IMG/VR virus record: IMGVR_UViG_3300027779_001649
Span: 1 to 64,000 of that record
DNA length: 64,000 nucleotides
Source: a virus
Reading direction: 5' to 3' (one strand)
The notes beneath the pieces were generated by a model. It was not told the origin of the DNA and searched no databases. It worked only from the letters and a program-made list of their open reading frames with translations. Made by a program: the position numbers and the translations under genes. Below are positions 9,335-19,443 of the stretch, piece by piece. Each line of letters opens with the position of its first letter. Positions within the stretch are counted from its first letter, which is position 1.

Positions 9335-10868
9335 ATAAAATGTCCTCCTTGTATTTATCTAACAATTTTAATTTACGTTTTTTTACTTCGTTTCTAAATT
9401 CCGTACCTTTAAAAATGCCAATATTAACTTCTTCTCTTGAAAATCCAAGATTTAACATAGGGAACATGTGTGGTAGATAATCATGCGTCAATAGCCCATC
9501 AGCATTGTCTTTGATTCTCTTGAAGGCATCAGCTGCATAGGCGGAGGCTTCCTTATAATCCCAATGTTCATTCTTCCATTGATGTATCTTACTACCCCGT
9601 TCATACCCATATTTCTCTGCATTCCGATCAAACTCACTTAAAAATACTTTACTGTCTCTATATTTCCCTCTCATCCACTTCTTTGATAGAGATGAGAGAG
9701 TTAATGGATTAAAAGAGACACTATCTAATGAAATCTCTTTATTTATTAATATCTGTACCCATTCCTCTGCTGTTTCTGCTGTTTCGTGTGGTAGTCCTAT
9801 AATAAATGATCCATGTAAGTCTGTATCTCTTCCCCATGATTCCTTTACCTTTTCTAATACTCTACTTATTTTCTCTCTACCTAGTCCCTTACCTATTATC
9901 TTCGCCGATGGGTCATGTAGACTTTCAATTCCGAAAAAGGCTGACTTTTGTCCCATGTCCCTAAGAATAGATATTTGTTCTGGAAATGCATTTAAAAGTT
10001 CTATTCTGGTATAAGCCCAGAAGTTAATACTTATTCCTGTACGTTCTATAGCTCTCTGTACTGCCCTCAATTTTTCTGTTGTTTCGTTGAAGGTATCATC
10101 CATTATTTGGTAATTAGTTACACCCCAAGTATCATAATTATGTTTTAATTCGTTGTATATACTGTCTTCACTTCTAATCCATTTAGGAGATGGTTTTCTA
10201 CCTAATAATGGAAAGGAACAAAATTTACATTTAAATCTACACCCCCTACTAATTTCTATAGGTAAAGATTCATAAGAATATATTATATCCGATTTATCAA
10301 ATGTGGGCTTATGATTATGAAAATCATAACCACTTGAATCCGATTCTAAAATTTTTGGATGACCATCCCATTCCCAATTTTTAAGAAAAGTTAACAAGAT
10401 ATCTTCTGATAATCCTTTAAACCAATGATCAATTATTGAATCATACAGTCTTACAGTTGCTGCCGTTTGTTGTCCCTGGCCGCCCACTATAATTTTCATT
10501 GGTTGTTTAGTTTTCCACTCATTCAATTTTCTTAGATATTTATCAAAAAGTGGACGGACATCTTTACTACTAAACTTAACCCCAAGTTGACTCCTTATTT
10601 TGCGGTTCCTGTTAGTAACACTTAATGGCTGAAGAAAGGTTGTACTAAACCCAATCAGTTTAACTCCTTCAATATTTTCATCTGTCCAACGAAAGAACTC
10701 TTCAGTATAATTTTCAAGAATCCATATAAAGTTATCAATAACTTTAACTTTTAACCCAGTATCTCTTAGTACACTAGCAATTTGATATCCACCTAAAGAT
10801 TTTATAGGTGCAGGATAATTCCCAGAGTGAGATTCTGTAAAATCTGTAAAAATTATAACATCATACAT
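9321..10868 (-). CDS. Radical SAM protein with B12-binding-like N-terminal domain (class B-like)
   Basis: SRGCRFKCKFC, DDTFN, GIESL, FIIGLPHET; N-terminal IGFSTTF/IIVGG. Confidence 0.85.
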   Translation of the reverse strand: MYDVIIFTDFTESHSGNYPAPIKSLGGYQIASVLRDTGLKVKVIDNFIWILENYTEEFFRWTDENIEGVKLIGFSTTFLQPLSVTNRNRKIRSQLGVKFSSKDVRPLFDKYLRKLNEWKTKQPMKIIVGGQGQQTAATVRLYDSIIDHWFKGLSEDILLTFLKNWEWDGHPKILESDSSGYDFHNHKPTFDKSDIIYSYESLPIEISRGCRFKCKFCSFPLLGRKPSPKWIRSEDSIYNELKHNYDTWGVTNYQIMDDTFNETTEKLRAVQRAIERTGISINFWAYTRIELLNAFPEQISILRDMGQKSAFFGIESLHDPSAKIIGKGLGREKISRVLEKVKESWGRDTDLHGSFIIGLPHETAETAEEWVQILINKEISLDSVSFNPLTLSSLSKKWMRGKYRDSKVFLSEFDRNAEKYGYERGSKIHQWKNEHWDYKEASAYAADAFKRIKDNADGLLTHDYLPHMFPMLNLGFSREEVNIGIFKGTEFRNEVKKRKLKLLDKYKEDILYGHI

Positions 10869-11395
10869 TATACTCTTCCATAAAACTCTGTTGCGATTAG
10901 GGGTGTATATTCATCATTAAACAAGTACCAGGCACAGTTATCTTTCCCTGTCATATCACCAAACCACTTAATTCGGCCTATAGAAACTATTTTTCTACAG
11001 TTCTGCATATAAGGTTTACTCTGAATAGTGTGCATCCAATCTGCATCAAACAATAGCCATGTAGGACGTTTAACACGAAAATAATCTATCATGGGGTGTA
11101 GGATTTTTCTGTTCCAAGGAGGATTCGTTATTATATATTCAGATTCAATCATCTCTGGTTCACCAATTTCATTATAGTTGTTTGGATGTATACCTTCATG
11201 TTGTGGTTCTATATCACTAGCCCACATGCAAGTTCCTCCATAATGTTCTAGGTGTCCACATAATGCACCATCACCAGCACATGGTTCTGTAAATGTGAAT
11301 TTTCTAGGTAGATGTTCAATTAAAGGTGCAACGGCCTCAAAAGGCGTTGGGTAGAAATCCCTTGGTTTTCTCTCAAAGTCACTACGTTTGCCCAT
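10868..11395 (-). CDS. DNA amino-methyltransferase (probably N6-adenine)
   Basis: DFYPTP, EPCAGDG (motif I), TNPPW (motif IV). Confidence 0.85.
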   Translation of the reverse strand: MGKRSDFERKPRDFYPTPFEAVAPLIEHLPRKFTFTEPCAGDGALCGHLEHYGGTCMWASDIEPQHEGIHPNNYNEIGEPEMIESEYIITNPPWNRKILHPMIDYFRVKRPTWLLFDADWMHTIQSKPYMQNCRKIVSIGRIKWFGDMTGKDNCAWYLFNDEYTPLIATEFYGRV

Positions 11396-12359
11396 TATAA
11401 ATCTCTACTTCTTTTATTAATGACTGTATCATTTCAACAGATTCGTATGGATACTGACCAATAGCAGTTTCGGCTGCTAAGACTAATCCATCGGCTCCCA
11501 TTAACAGTGTACTAACCACATCATTCACCTCTGCCCTTGTGGGTGAAGATTTAACGGTCATAGATTCTAATAAGTTAGTGGCGACACTAACAGGAATATT
11601 TTTCTCATTTGCTTCTTTAATAATATTCCTTTGGTACATAGGAATTTTTTGTATAGGAACCTGTCTTGATAAATCCCCCCTATCTATAAGGATTTCATCT
11701 GTTTCACCTAATATATCATTTAGGTTTTTCACTCCCATTTTACTTTCAATTTTACATATGATATTTGATTTACCACATAGTTCTCTCATCTCTTGAACAT
11801 CTTCTTTTTTGTTGGCAAAAGATAATGCGAAATTTTCCACACCATGAACACGACCAATCTTGATAGCCTCTTTATCTTTATTGGTTATAGATTCAAACGG
11901 TAATTCACGATTAACATCTGACGCCTTATTACTACCAATTACGCCAGAACTTATCACTAATGCTAAACAATGGTCATCTTCTACATCAATAATTTTAAAT
12001 TTAACACCATCATCATCTACGTTAATTTCATCACCTATTTGAAAATGTTTTACTATTCCTGGCGGATTAAATGATATATTATCATAATCACCAATGATAT
12101 CATCAAAATGTACTTTGAATACATGTTCGGGGTAAAGAATCTTAATAAATGACATCTTACCATTACGCAATTGTGCGCCTTCACTGTCAATACAAATAGG
12201 AACATCTGTCCATTTTTGAATCTTCTTAATAGTGGGTTCAATGTCTGGGATATCGGTATGTGATAAGTTAATTCTAAATAAATCAACCTTATCAGACATA
12301 CGTGTTACCATTTCTTCGTTTAGTGAAGATGGTCCTAATGTTACAAATAATTTTGTCAT
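11382..12359 (-). CDS. pyk: Pyruvate kinase lacking the C-terminal regulatory domain
   Basis: TLGPSS, RINLSH, KIE, RGDL, ATNLLESM, PTRAEVND, ETAIGQYP; only 325 aa. Confidence 0.85.
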   Translation of the reverse strand: MTKLFVTLGPSSLNEEMVTRMSDKVDLFRINLSHTDIPDIEPTIKKIQKWTDVPICIDSEGAQLRNGKMSFIKILYPEHVFKVHFDDIIGDYDNISFNPPGIVKHFQIGDEINVDDDGVKFKIIDVEDDHCLALVISSGVIGSNKASDVNRELPFESITNKDKEAIKIGRVHGVENFALSFANKKEDVQEMRELCGKSNIICKIESKMGVKNLNDILGETDEILIDRGDLSRQVPIQKIPMYQRNIIKEANEKNIPVSVATNLLESMTVKSSPTRAEVNDVVSTLLMGADGLVLAAETAIGQYPYESVEMIQSLIKEVEIYNGQT

Positions 12360-14062
12360 GATTCTTTTATGTGACTAAAGTTTTTAATTTTCTCAAATCT
12401 AACTGTACTTCTAAATTTATCCACTAACATATCTTGTTTATGACTAATAACAAATACATTTTCTCCGTCAAGAGTATTTAATATTTTTAGAAACTCATCT
12501 GTTCCAGCACCATCTAGAGAACTGTCAAAGATTTCATCTAATATCAACAAGTTCGTATTCGTACTGTTCTTCATCTTTGCAATAGCTCTCCAAGTAAAAA
12601 GTAAGGCAAGGTCTATACGCATTTTCTCACCTTCACTAAAAGATGCATATATAAATTCATCACGATATCGTGACTTGATGGTCTCGTTAAAGTTCTCATC
12701 TAATGTAAAATTAACATAAAACTCCATTGCGTTTAGGTAAGTATTTATTAATTTATTCATGATCGGTAGATATTGTTTAATGATCTTAGTTTTGATACCA
12801 GTGTCCATTAACATATTACGAGAAGCTTCTGAATAGGTTTGATCTTCCTTTAACTTTATTCTCTGTTCCTTTAAACTTATTAAGTGTTTCTCCAGTTTGA
12901 CCAATTCCACCAAATCTGACTGTGCAACTTCCCCACCCTCTAGTTGTGTAATCTCTGCAAGTAGAGTTGTATTAAACTTTTCTAGTTGGAGTATAGAACT
13001 ATTCTCTGTTGCAATCCTAACCTCATTCTCTCTAATCTTTTCTGCAAAGTTTTGAATCTCAGAAATTCTTCGTTCAGATTTTTTTATCGCAATTTCTAGT
13101 TCCTCTAAGGCCTTAGTAAATTTATCCACCTCTTTCTGTTTGGTGGGTATCATTTTATCTGCGTTATCCAATTCTTGTTCACATGTGGGACAAAAATCAT
13201 TATCTTCAAAGAAACGTAACATCTTTGAATTGGAACTCTTCTTCTCTGTTAAAGTAGATTTAATATCTTTTAGTTTAGAATAATCATTATTTACTTTACT
13301 ATTATCAGTAATTTCATCCAATAGCATTGTATTACTAGACGTATGCATAGAAACTGTAGAGTTCTTCTTAAAGATTTCTTCCTCATTATTTGTCATAAGT
13401 ATGGACTTTTCTTTAAGAATATTATCCTTATTATTTTTAACATCCTCTATATACTTCTTCTTCAAATCAACCTTTTCTTCAGTTAATTCAGAATTATATT
13501 GAACATCTCTTTGATCTTCTTGTATGGATTTGAGTTTTTGTTTTAACAACATATTCATTAATGAGAATATCTGAATATCAAGAATATCCTCAACAACTTC
13601 TCTACGTTGTTTTGACTTTAATTGCATAAAGGGAATGAAGGTAGAACTACCCAGAATAACAACCTGAGTAAAACTACGATAGTTCAACTTTAGGATTTGT
13701 TGTTCAAGATATTTTTGGTAATCCCTTGCATTTGCATCTTGGTTATAGAGCTTTTTATTAATATAGATCTCAAATATATTCGGTTTAATACCACGAATAA
13801 CTTTGACATTCTTAGTACCAATCTTAAACTCTACTTCCACAAGAGAGCCTCCATTATTGATACTATTAATTAATTGACCTTTATTAACATTACGAAAGGG
13901 TTTACCAAACAAACCAAAGCACAATGCATCAAGAACAGTAGACTTCCCTGCTCCATTCTCACCTATAATAAGTGTTGTTGAATTTCTGGCTAATTGAATT
14001 TCGGTAAAGTTATTACCAGTTGAGAGAAAATTCTTCCACCTCACAGTCTCAAAATGTATCAC
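12356..14062 (-). CDS. gp46: Recombination endonuclease ATPase subunit (SbcC/Rad50-like)
   Basis: GENGAGKS, CPTC hook, FSEGEK, LDEIFD. Confidence 0.95.
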   Translation of the reverse strand: MIHFETVRWKNFLSTGNNFTEIQLARNSTTLIIGENGAGKSTVLDALCFGLFGKPFRNVNKGQLINSINNGGSLVEVEFKIGTKNVKVIRGIKPNIFEIYINKKLYNQDANARDYQKYLEQQILKLNYRSFTQVVILGSSTFIPFMQLKSKQRREVVEDILDIQIFSLMNMLLKQKLKSIQEDQRDVQYNSELTEEKVDLKKKYIEDVKNNKDNILKEKSILMTNNEEEIFKKNSTVSMHTSSNTMLLDEITDNSKVNNDYSKLKDIKSTLTEKKSSNSKMLRFFEDNDFCPTCEQELDNADKMIPTKQKEVDKFTKALEELEIAIKKSERRISEIQNFAEKIRENEVRIATENSSILQLEKFNTTLLAEITQLEGGEVAQSDLVELVKLEKHLISLKEQRIKLKEDQTYSEASRNMLMDTGIKTKIIKQYLPIMNKLINTYLNAMEFYVNFTLDENFNETIKSRYRDEFIYASFSEGEKMRIDLALLFTWRAIAKMKNSTNTNLLILDEIFDSSLDGAGTDEFLKILNTLDGENVFVISHKQDMLVDKFRSTVRFEKIKNFSHIKES

Positions 14063-14394
14063 TGACTATAAACCTTCCTTAACCTTGTTGCAGAAATACG
14101 TTCTATCTCAGGATCAAGTCTTTCTTCTTCTATCTTATAACCTACATCTCTACCATAGGTAATGTTCACGATATTTGGAACATCCATAACTTCAAAATCT
14201 GTACCGTGTACAAAACCAGCAACCAATAGTTTTTCAATCATATCATTTCTGTCGTGATGACCCTCATTAGTATCACGAACCATTATTATAACTTGTCCAG
14301 TTTTTGCATGAGCTCGTTTGAAAAGCTCTGTGTGTCCATCGTGCCAAGGCTGATATCTTCCAAGCATTTGTACAGTAGGTTTTCGTCTATCCAT
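14059..14394 (-). CDS. Cytidylyltransferase-like (HxGH) nucleotidyltransferase
   Basis: GRYQPWHDGH, YGRDVGY, ISATRLR. Confidence 0.8.
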   Translation of the reverse strand: MDRRKPTVQMLGRYQPWHDGHTELFKRAHAKTGQVIIMVRDTNEGHHDRNDMIEKLLVAGFVHGTDFEVMDVPNIVNITYGRDVGYKIEEERLDPEIERISATRLRKVYSQ

Positions 14395-14744
14395 TTTGTT
14401 ATCCTTAAATCATATTTTTCTGGGGGTTGAAATAGTTTATTTGTATCATCAAATCTCCCCTCTTCTATAGTATCCATCCAAATAATTTTGTCTGGAAAAA
14501 AGAAACTTCTAAATCCTGGCAATGGGCATATAAATGCAGAAATGCTTATAGGATCAAGTTCTGATAATTTACGCATACGTGCAGTTTGATGCTCTCTCCT
14601 TGGAACAGAAAAATCCCAATCATTATATATGGTTCTTACTACATCAGCATCCCAAAAAGGTATACTAAACTGTTTTCCTATTCTTTCACCCAACCAAGTC
14701 TTACCAGAACCAGGCAATCCCATGATTAAAATTTTATGACTCAT
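14286..14744 (-). CDS. cysC: Adenylylsulfate (APS) kinase-like protein
   Basis: GLPGSGKT P-loop, DADVVR, DWDFS, FICP, FQPP; start 14744 or coupled start 14792. Confidence 0.75.
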   Translation of the reverse strand: MSHKILIMGLPGSGKTWLGERIGKQFSIPFWDADVVRTIYNDWDFSVPRREHQTARMRKLSELDPISISAFICPLPGFRSFFFPDKIIWMDTIEEGRFDDTNKLFQPPEKYDLRITKWIDENLLYKCLEDISLGTMDTQSFSNELMQKLDKL

Positions 14745-14791
14745 TGTGCGAACTTCCTTCTCTTGTTTTTCATCACTCCAAGTGGATAACA

Positions 14792-15805
14792 TTATGCAAA
14801 CTTCTCTTGTAGTTCTGATGCGTCCCAAGTAGATAGACGTATTCTTCCTACTTGCGAACAGAATTTATTACAATCAGACAGGCAACTATCACGGCCCCAT
14901 GATGATTGTAATTTCTCGTAAAATTCGTCTTTCATTATATCGTCAAAAGTTTTAGTAACCAAAGAATTATTACTTCTTTCTATATTATACTTATGATACC
15001 AATTCTGTTCTTTACCATTTTTTGGTTTATTTGGGATATAACAACAAGGCCAGACCCTCTTTAGGAAATCAATATAGAATATATTTCTTTCCTGATATCT
15101 ACAAGATATCTCATAAGTATCTGGTTTCTTTATATGTTTTTTTGTTTCTGAGGGTTCTAGGATTCCATCTTTCCCTCTATATGACCACTGTTCTCCCATA
15201 TTATATTTTCTATTACTCTCCACCTCAATAAATTGCCAAAACCCCATGTGCATTGCAAGTTCTCTAGCTTCTGCTACTTGGTGTTCATTGTGTTTGAATT
15301 TAATCATTCTCCACATTGCTTTACCACCAGAATCAATGAAGGCCTTTGCGTTGTCTATAATCTTATTATAATCTGCACCCACCCTATAATTCTGTAATGA
15401 CTTATTACCTACGCCATCTAATGAGAAGAATATCATACTTCTCCTATCTCCCGAAAAGATCTTACCCAATTCACTCCAGTACTTTGGAGTTTTCATGGAA
15501 CCATTTGTATCTACATGTATTGAGGTGTCAGTGTCTTTTCTCAACCACTTACATATTTCAGAAAACTCTTTTGATGCAAGAGGTTCTGATACATTACCAC
15601 TAAACCGAATAAGTCTTACAGGATGTTTTATATTCCTATAGGCAACCTTAAAGGTCATTAGAGAAGTATCTATTGTATTGAGAGCTGGTATCTTATGTTG
15701 TAGTTTACCATTCTTAATCTCATTCCTAACGCACTGGGGGCACATAAGATTACAGATATTATTGAGTTCCCAATTAACATCTAAAGGTTTTGTAGTATCA
15801 AACAT
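14792..15805 (-). CDS. Radical SAM protein with fused C-terminal SPASM/twitch-like domain
   Basis: CNLMCPQC, TNGS, FSLDG, WPCCY...CNKFC. Confidence 0.9.
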   Translation of the reverse strand: MFDTTKPLDVNWELNNICNLMCPQCVRNEIKNGKLQHKIPALNTIDTSLMTFKVAYRNIKHPVRLIRFSGNVSEPLASKEFSEICKWLRKDTDTSIHVDTNGSMKTPKYWSELGKIFSGDRRSMIFFSLDGVGNKSLQNYRVGADYNKIIDNAKAFIDSGGKAMWRMIKFKHNEHQVAEARELAMHMGFWQFIEVESNRKYNMGEQWSYRGKDGILEPSETKKHIKKPDTYEISCRYQERNIFYIDFLKRVWPCCYIPNKPKNGKEQNWYHKYNIERSNNSLVTKTFDDIMKDEFYEKLQSSWGRDSCLSDCNKFCSQVGRIRLSTWDASELQEKFA

Positions 15806-16860
15806 TATAATTCTAAGTCTTGAGCCTCATTATATAAAGACTTCATTGTATTTTTTAGTCTATCCTTACTAAGTTTTATATCTAATTCATCAATATATTT
15901 CTCAAGAAGACTTAGAGTATCCTCTGTATTTTCTACAATATCATCTGATACATTGTCTGGATCAAATTCTGAGAAATCCTCTATTATTTTTACTTCATGA
16001 GTATCTGCACTCAAAAGCCGGTCTACAAATTGATCAAACCCATACAAGTCTTTTTTATTGACAACAATAAGTTTTACATAATGATTTTCATATTGAGATA
16101 CATCTTCCTTGATATAATCCTTTTCAGTGTCATCATAATATATCTTCTTAAATATAGAGAAAGGATTGATTATTCTTTCTATTTCCCTAGTTGCGGTATC
16201 AAATATGTGAAACCCTTTAGGGTCATCACAATCATTCCAATAAATCTCATATGGTGTGCCTAGATAAAATATCTGACCATCATCATTTTTGTGGTGGAAG
16301 TGTCCACTGTATACAGTTTCAAATCTCTTGAAGTGTTCCTTTTCCCAACCCTCCATAGAAACTATGTTTCCGGCGTTCATTGCGAAACCAGTAATCTCTA
16401 GGTGTCCCATGAGAGTAGTAGCTTCAGCTGTTTTAAGAGCATCCATTGATAAACCATAATTGTTAGCATTTATCCAAGGCATGAATAAAATAGGAAAATC
16501 ATCAAACTTGACAACTTCGGGTTTAATGTAGACTTTGAATCTGTTACCTACAAGTTCTTCCATAGAATTAACTTCACTCGTATTCTTATAATACGTATCA
16601 TGATTTCCTATTATAATATGAAAGTCTAATTTAAGTTCCTCAATCCTATCCAGAAATTTCTGTCTAAAATCAGTAGCAGTCTTATATGAAACATACTTAC
16701 GCCTATCCATTACATCACCCAAATGTATAACTGTGGTGATCTTCTCTTCTATTATTTTTGGAAAGAATACTTCATCATAGAATTTAAAAAAGTAATCACT
16801 AAAAAATTGATTATCATTTCTTGCACCAAAATGCGTATCTGTTACTAAGGCAATCTTCAA
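15805..16860 (-). CDS. gp47: Recombination endonuclease nuclease subunit (SbcD/Mre11-like)
   Basis: DTHFG, GDVMD, GNHD, SGHFH. Confidence 0.95.
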   Translation of the reverse strand: MKIALVTDTHFGARNDNQFFSDYFFKFYDEVFFPKIIEEKITTVIHLGDVMDRRKYVSYKTATDFRQKFLDRIEELKLDFHIIIGNHDTYYKNTSEVNSMEELVGNRFKVYIKPEVVKFDDFPILFMPWINANNYGLSMDALKTAEATTLMGHLEITGFAMNAGNIVSMEGWEKEHFKRFETVYSGHFHHKNDDGQIFYLGTPYEIYWNDCDDPKGFHIFDTATREIERIINPFSIFKKIYYDDTEKDYIKEDVSQYENHYVKLIVVNKKDLYGFDQFVDRLLSADTHEVKIIEDFSEFDPDNVSDDIVENTEDTLSLLEKYIDELDIKLSKDRLKNTMKSLYNEAQDLEL

Positions 16861-17411
16861 TCTACACCCCGATCTGCTACCTTATCAATATCAGCTTCCA
16901 TGAAAGTTTCTAGGCCTTTCTTTGGTTTAACATTTTCTTTCTTCTTCGGTTTGTAAACATCCTCATCAGGTAACATAATTAATGGATCAAATCCACCAAC
17001 CTGATATGTACGATGATCACCTTCCATCACAGTATAAGAAGAAAATTCATTCTTCTCTATCATTTTGTTTTTAACATGAGTTTGTTTCTTTTCCTTTGCT
17101 ATCCTTCTTAGGAATGCATAATAGATTATTTGAGTAAAGTATGCAAAAGGGTTACTAGATTTCTCAGGATTGAAATTGTTAACATATTGTAAACAGTTTT
17201 CAATACCATCAGATATCATTTCTTCACGGTATGTGTAATTAATGAAATTTGGGCGATAAGATAGATGATTTGCTATTTTAAGAAAACACTCACCAATATA
17301 ATTTGTGGTGGGCTGTTGTTCACCCTTTTCGTCATTTATTGCACGCCACTCTTCTAAAGCTTTAAGAAATGCTTTGTTGTCTACGTAGTGTACACTTTTC
17401 TTCCTTGCCAT
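16857..17411 (-). CDS. gp55: Late transcription sigma factor
   Basis: HYVDN, NFINYTYREEMISDGIENCL, NPFAYFTQI. Confidence 0.95.
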   Translation of the reverse strand: MARKKSVHYVDNKAFLKALEEWRAINDEKGEQQPTTNYIGECFLKIANHLSYRPNFINYTYREEMISDGIENCLQYVNNFNPEKSSNPFAYFTQIIYYAFLRRIAKEKKQTHVKNKMIEKNEFSSYTVMEGDHRTYQVGGFDPLIMLPDEDVYKPKKKENVKPKKGLETFMEADIDKVADRGVD

Positions 17412-17435
17412 GTATATCTCCTTATACTATTATCT

Positions 17436-17464
17436 AATATAGTACATATAGAACAAAAAGTCAA
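17436..17464 (-). promoter_or_regulatory. Sigma70-type promoter for gp55
   Basis: TTGACT-17-TATATT, with an imperfect hairpin at 17468-17490 just upstream. Confidence 0.7.
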
Positions 17465-17514
17465 GGGACTATACCCATCCGTGGGGTAGTTTTATTATTA
17501 ATAAGTAAAGGTAC

Positions 17515-17543
17515 TTGACAATCCCCCCAAAACTCTATACACT
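17515..17543 (+). promoter_or_regulatory. Divergent/antisense sigma70-type promoter
   Basis: TTGACA-17-TACACT on the + strand with no obvious downstream + strand gene. Confidence 0.55.
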
Positions 17544-17578
17544 CAACTATGTTGAGGGGTTAATGAGTTAGCTTTAAG

Positions 17579-17998
17579 TTAGTGAATAGTATCAGATATC
17601 TCTAGTTCATCTAATATATCATCGTATATTTCTTCATCAGTGGGTTCATCATGATGTTCTATACGGTGGCGAACCTCTTCATACTTTACCTCTTGGTCAT
17701 ATACGGGCTGACTGTCTACTTTTTTTAACACATATTTATAATATTTACTTAAACCAATTGATGCCGTTGCAATCGTAATGACTTGAGCTGTATCTATTTC
17801 AAATTCATTTTGTTCACTAAAAGGTTGCATCCATCTAGATAAGTTTAAGGACTCTGCTATTCCCCTAGGGGTCATGTGCGTCACCAAATCCATTTTTAAA
17901 GGAGAAGAAACTTTAATAGAAAAGTCATCTTCTTGAATAATTCCAATAACACTTTCCCCGTTACTGAGTTTAACTATTCTTATACTTGGATTTGTCAT
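17579..17998 (-). CDS. Conserved T4-like phage protein (Sm-like fold suspected)
   Basis: IVKLSNGESVIG start; usual position between uvsW and gp55. Confidence 0.7.
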   Translation of the reverse strand: MTNPSIRIVKLSNGESVIGIIQEDDFSIKVSSPLKMDLVTHMTPRGIAESLNLSRWMQPFSEQNEFEIDTAQVITIATASIGLSKYYKYVLKKVDSQPVYDQEVKYEEVRHRIEHHDEPTDEEIYDDILDELEISDTIH

Positions 17999-19443
17999 AA
18001 TTTTACCTTTGTTATTTCGTAATTAAATTCTTCCTGATTGTATATATTTATTCGTTCTGTAAAGTGGGTAAGTGTAAAATTCTGCATATTATTATAAGTC
18101 ATATCATCTGCTATATCATATATTAAAATGGAATCTTTAGTTGATGATGTACGTAAACCTCTGCCGATTGATTGGAGTACTCTGATTTTTGATTTACTTG
18201 GACTAGCGAGCACGATGTTGTTGATATTACGAATATTAATACCAGTGCTAAAAACCCCAAAGCTTGCAACAATGACCGAATTGCTTCCCATGTCAACGAG
18301 TTCTCTGATTCTTTCTCTTTCAGATGTAGCTGTTCCTCCATACACAAAGTAGTTATTTCGTTCTCTTCCGTCATTATTTATCCTTTCAAATAGTGGTTTA
18401 CCATGCTTCTCTACTAACTGAAACAAACATAGAGTATTGCCCCTAAGATGCCGTAGTAAATTACATACGAAATCAAGTCGTTTTTTATTACTGACAATGT
18501 AATCCAACTCTCTCGCATAATCCATTCTCCCTCTTATATTAGAATGTTTTAATATTATACATTTAATCTTTAATTGTGCTAAGGTGTTTTTATCAATTAA
18601 CTCCTTAGTACTTACTACTTTTTCAACTGCACCGAATAGACCTTCTAGTACCAATTTATGTGTATGTGTACCGTCTAGTGTCCCCGTGAGACCAAAGCGA
18701 TATTTAGTTTGATGCATCTTAGTCATAATACCAGTAAGTGATTTAGCTTTAAACATATGAGCTTCATCACCGATTACGCACCCAAACTGATCAAAATACT
18801 TTCTAGGCATCTTGTATATTGATTGCCATGTAGATATTACAACGTCCTTTGTAACCTTGCGATCATGACCCTGATAAACCTTTTGACAATATGTACCAGA
18901 ACTCCAACCATAATCTTCAAAGTCTGTGTACATCTGTTCTACTAATGATGTAGTGGGAACAAGAATTAATGTTGTTTCCCCCATCATTTGATAATAACGA
19001 ACTAATGAATATATTACTAACGACTTCCCAGAAGCAGTAGGACTAACAAGAAGAGCCCGATTTCTGGAAATAGCATGGTGTACGGCATTAATTTGGTAAT
19101 CCCTCGCCTTAATGCTTTTTCCTTTGGTTTTTGGTTTGAGTGATTTGATGAATCCTCTAACCACCTCACGAACAACATTCCGCTCATTTTCTACTCCTTC
19201 ATCCAAGGTATATTTGTAATCGTTTCTTTCACAAAATTTCTTGATATATGGTAATAGTCCTACATATATCTCACCAGTAGCTGGTGAAAACAATCGTATC
19301 TTACCATCCCATATACGATTTCTATAGGTTGGCATAAATTTGAAGCCAGGAACTTCAAAGGTAAAGAACTCTGATAGATCCTGTGAGACAGAGGGATCGG
19401 ATTCTATCTTTAAGTAAACTTCATTTTTCTTTGATATATGCAT
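17995..19443 (-). CDS. uvsW: RNA-DNA/DNA-DNA helicase
   Basis: WDGKIRLF, PTASGKS, DEAH, QSIGRGLR; start MHISKKNEV. Confidence 0.95.
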   Translation of the reverse strand: MHISKKNEVYLKIESDPSVSQDLSEFFTFEVPGFKFMPTYRNRIWDGKIRLFSPATGEIYVGLLPYIKKFCERNDYKYTLDEGVENERNVVREVVRGFIKSLKPKTKGKSIKARDYQINAVHHAISRNRALLVSPTASGKSLVIYSLVRYYQMMGETTLILVPTTSLVEQMYTDFEDYGWSSGTYCQKVYQGHDRKVTKDVVISTWQSIYKMPRKYFDQFGCVIGDEAHMFKAKSLTGIMTKMHQTKYRFGLTGTLDGTHTHKLVLEGLFGAVEKVVSTKELIDKNTLAQLKIKCIILKHSNIRGRMDYARELDYIVSNKKRLDFVCNLLRHLRGNTLCLFQLVEKHGKPLFERINNDGRERNNYFVYGGTATSERERIRELVDMGSNSVIVASFGVFSTGINIRNINNIVLASPSKSKIRVLQSIGRGLRTSSTKDSILIYDIADDMTYNNMQNFTLTHFTERINIYNQEEFNYEITKVKL

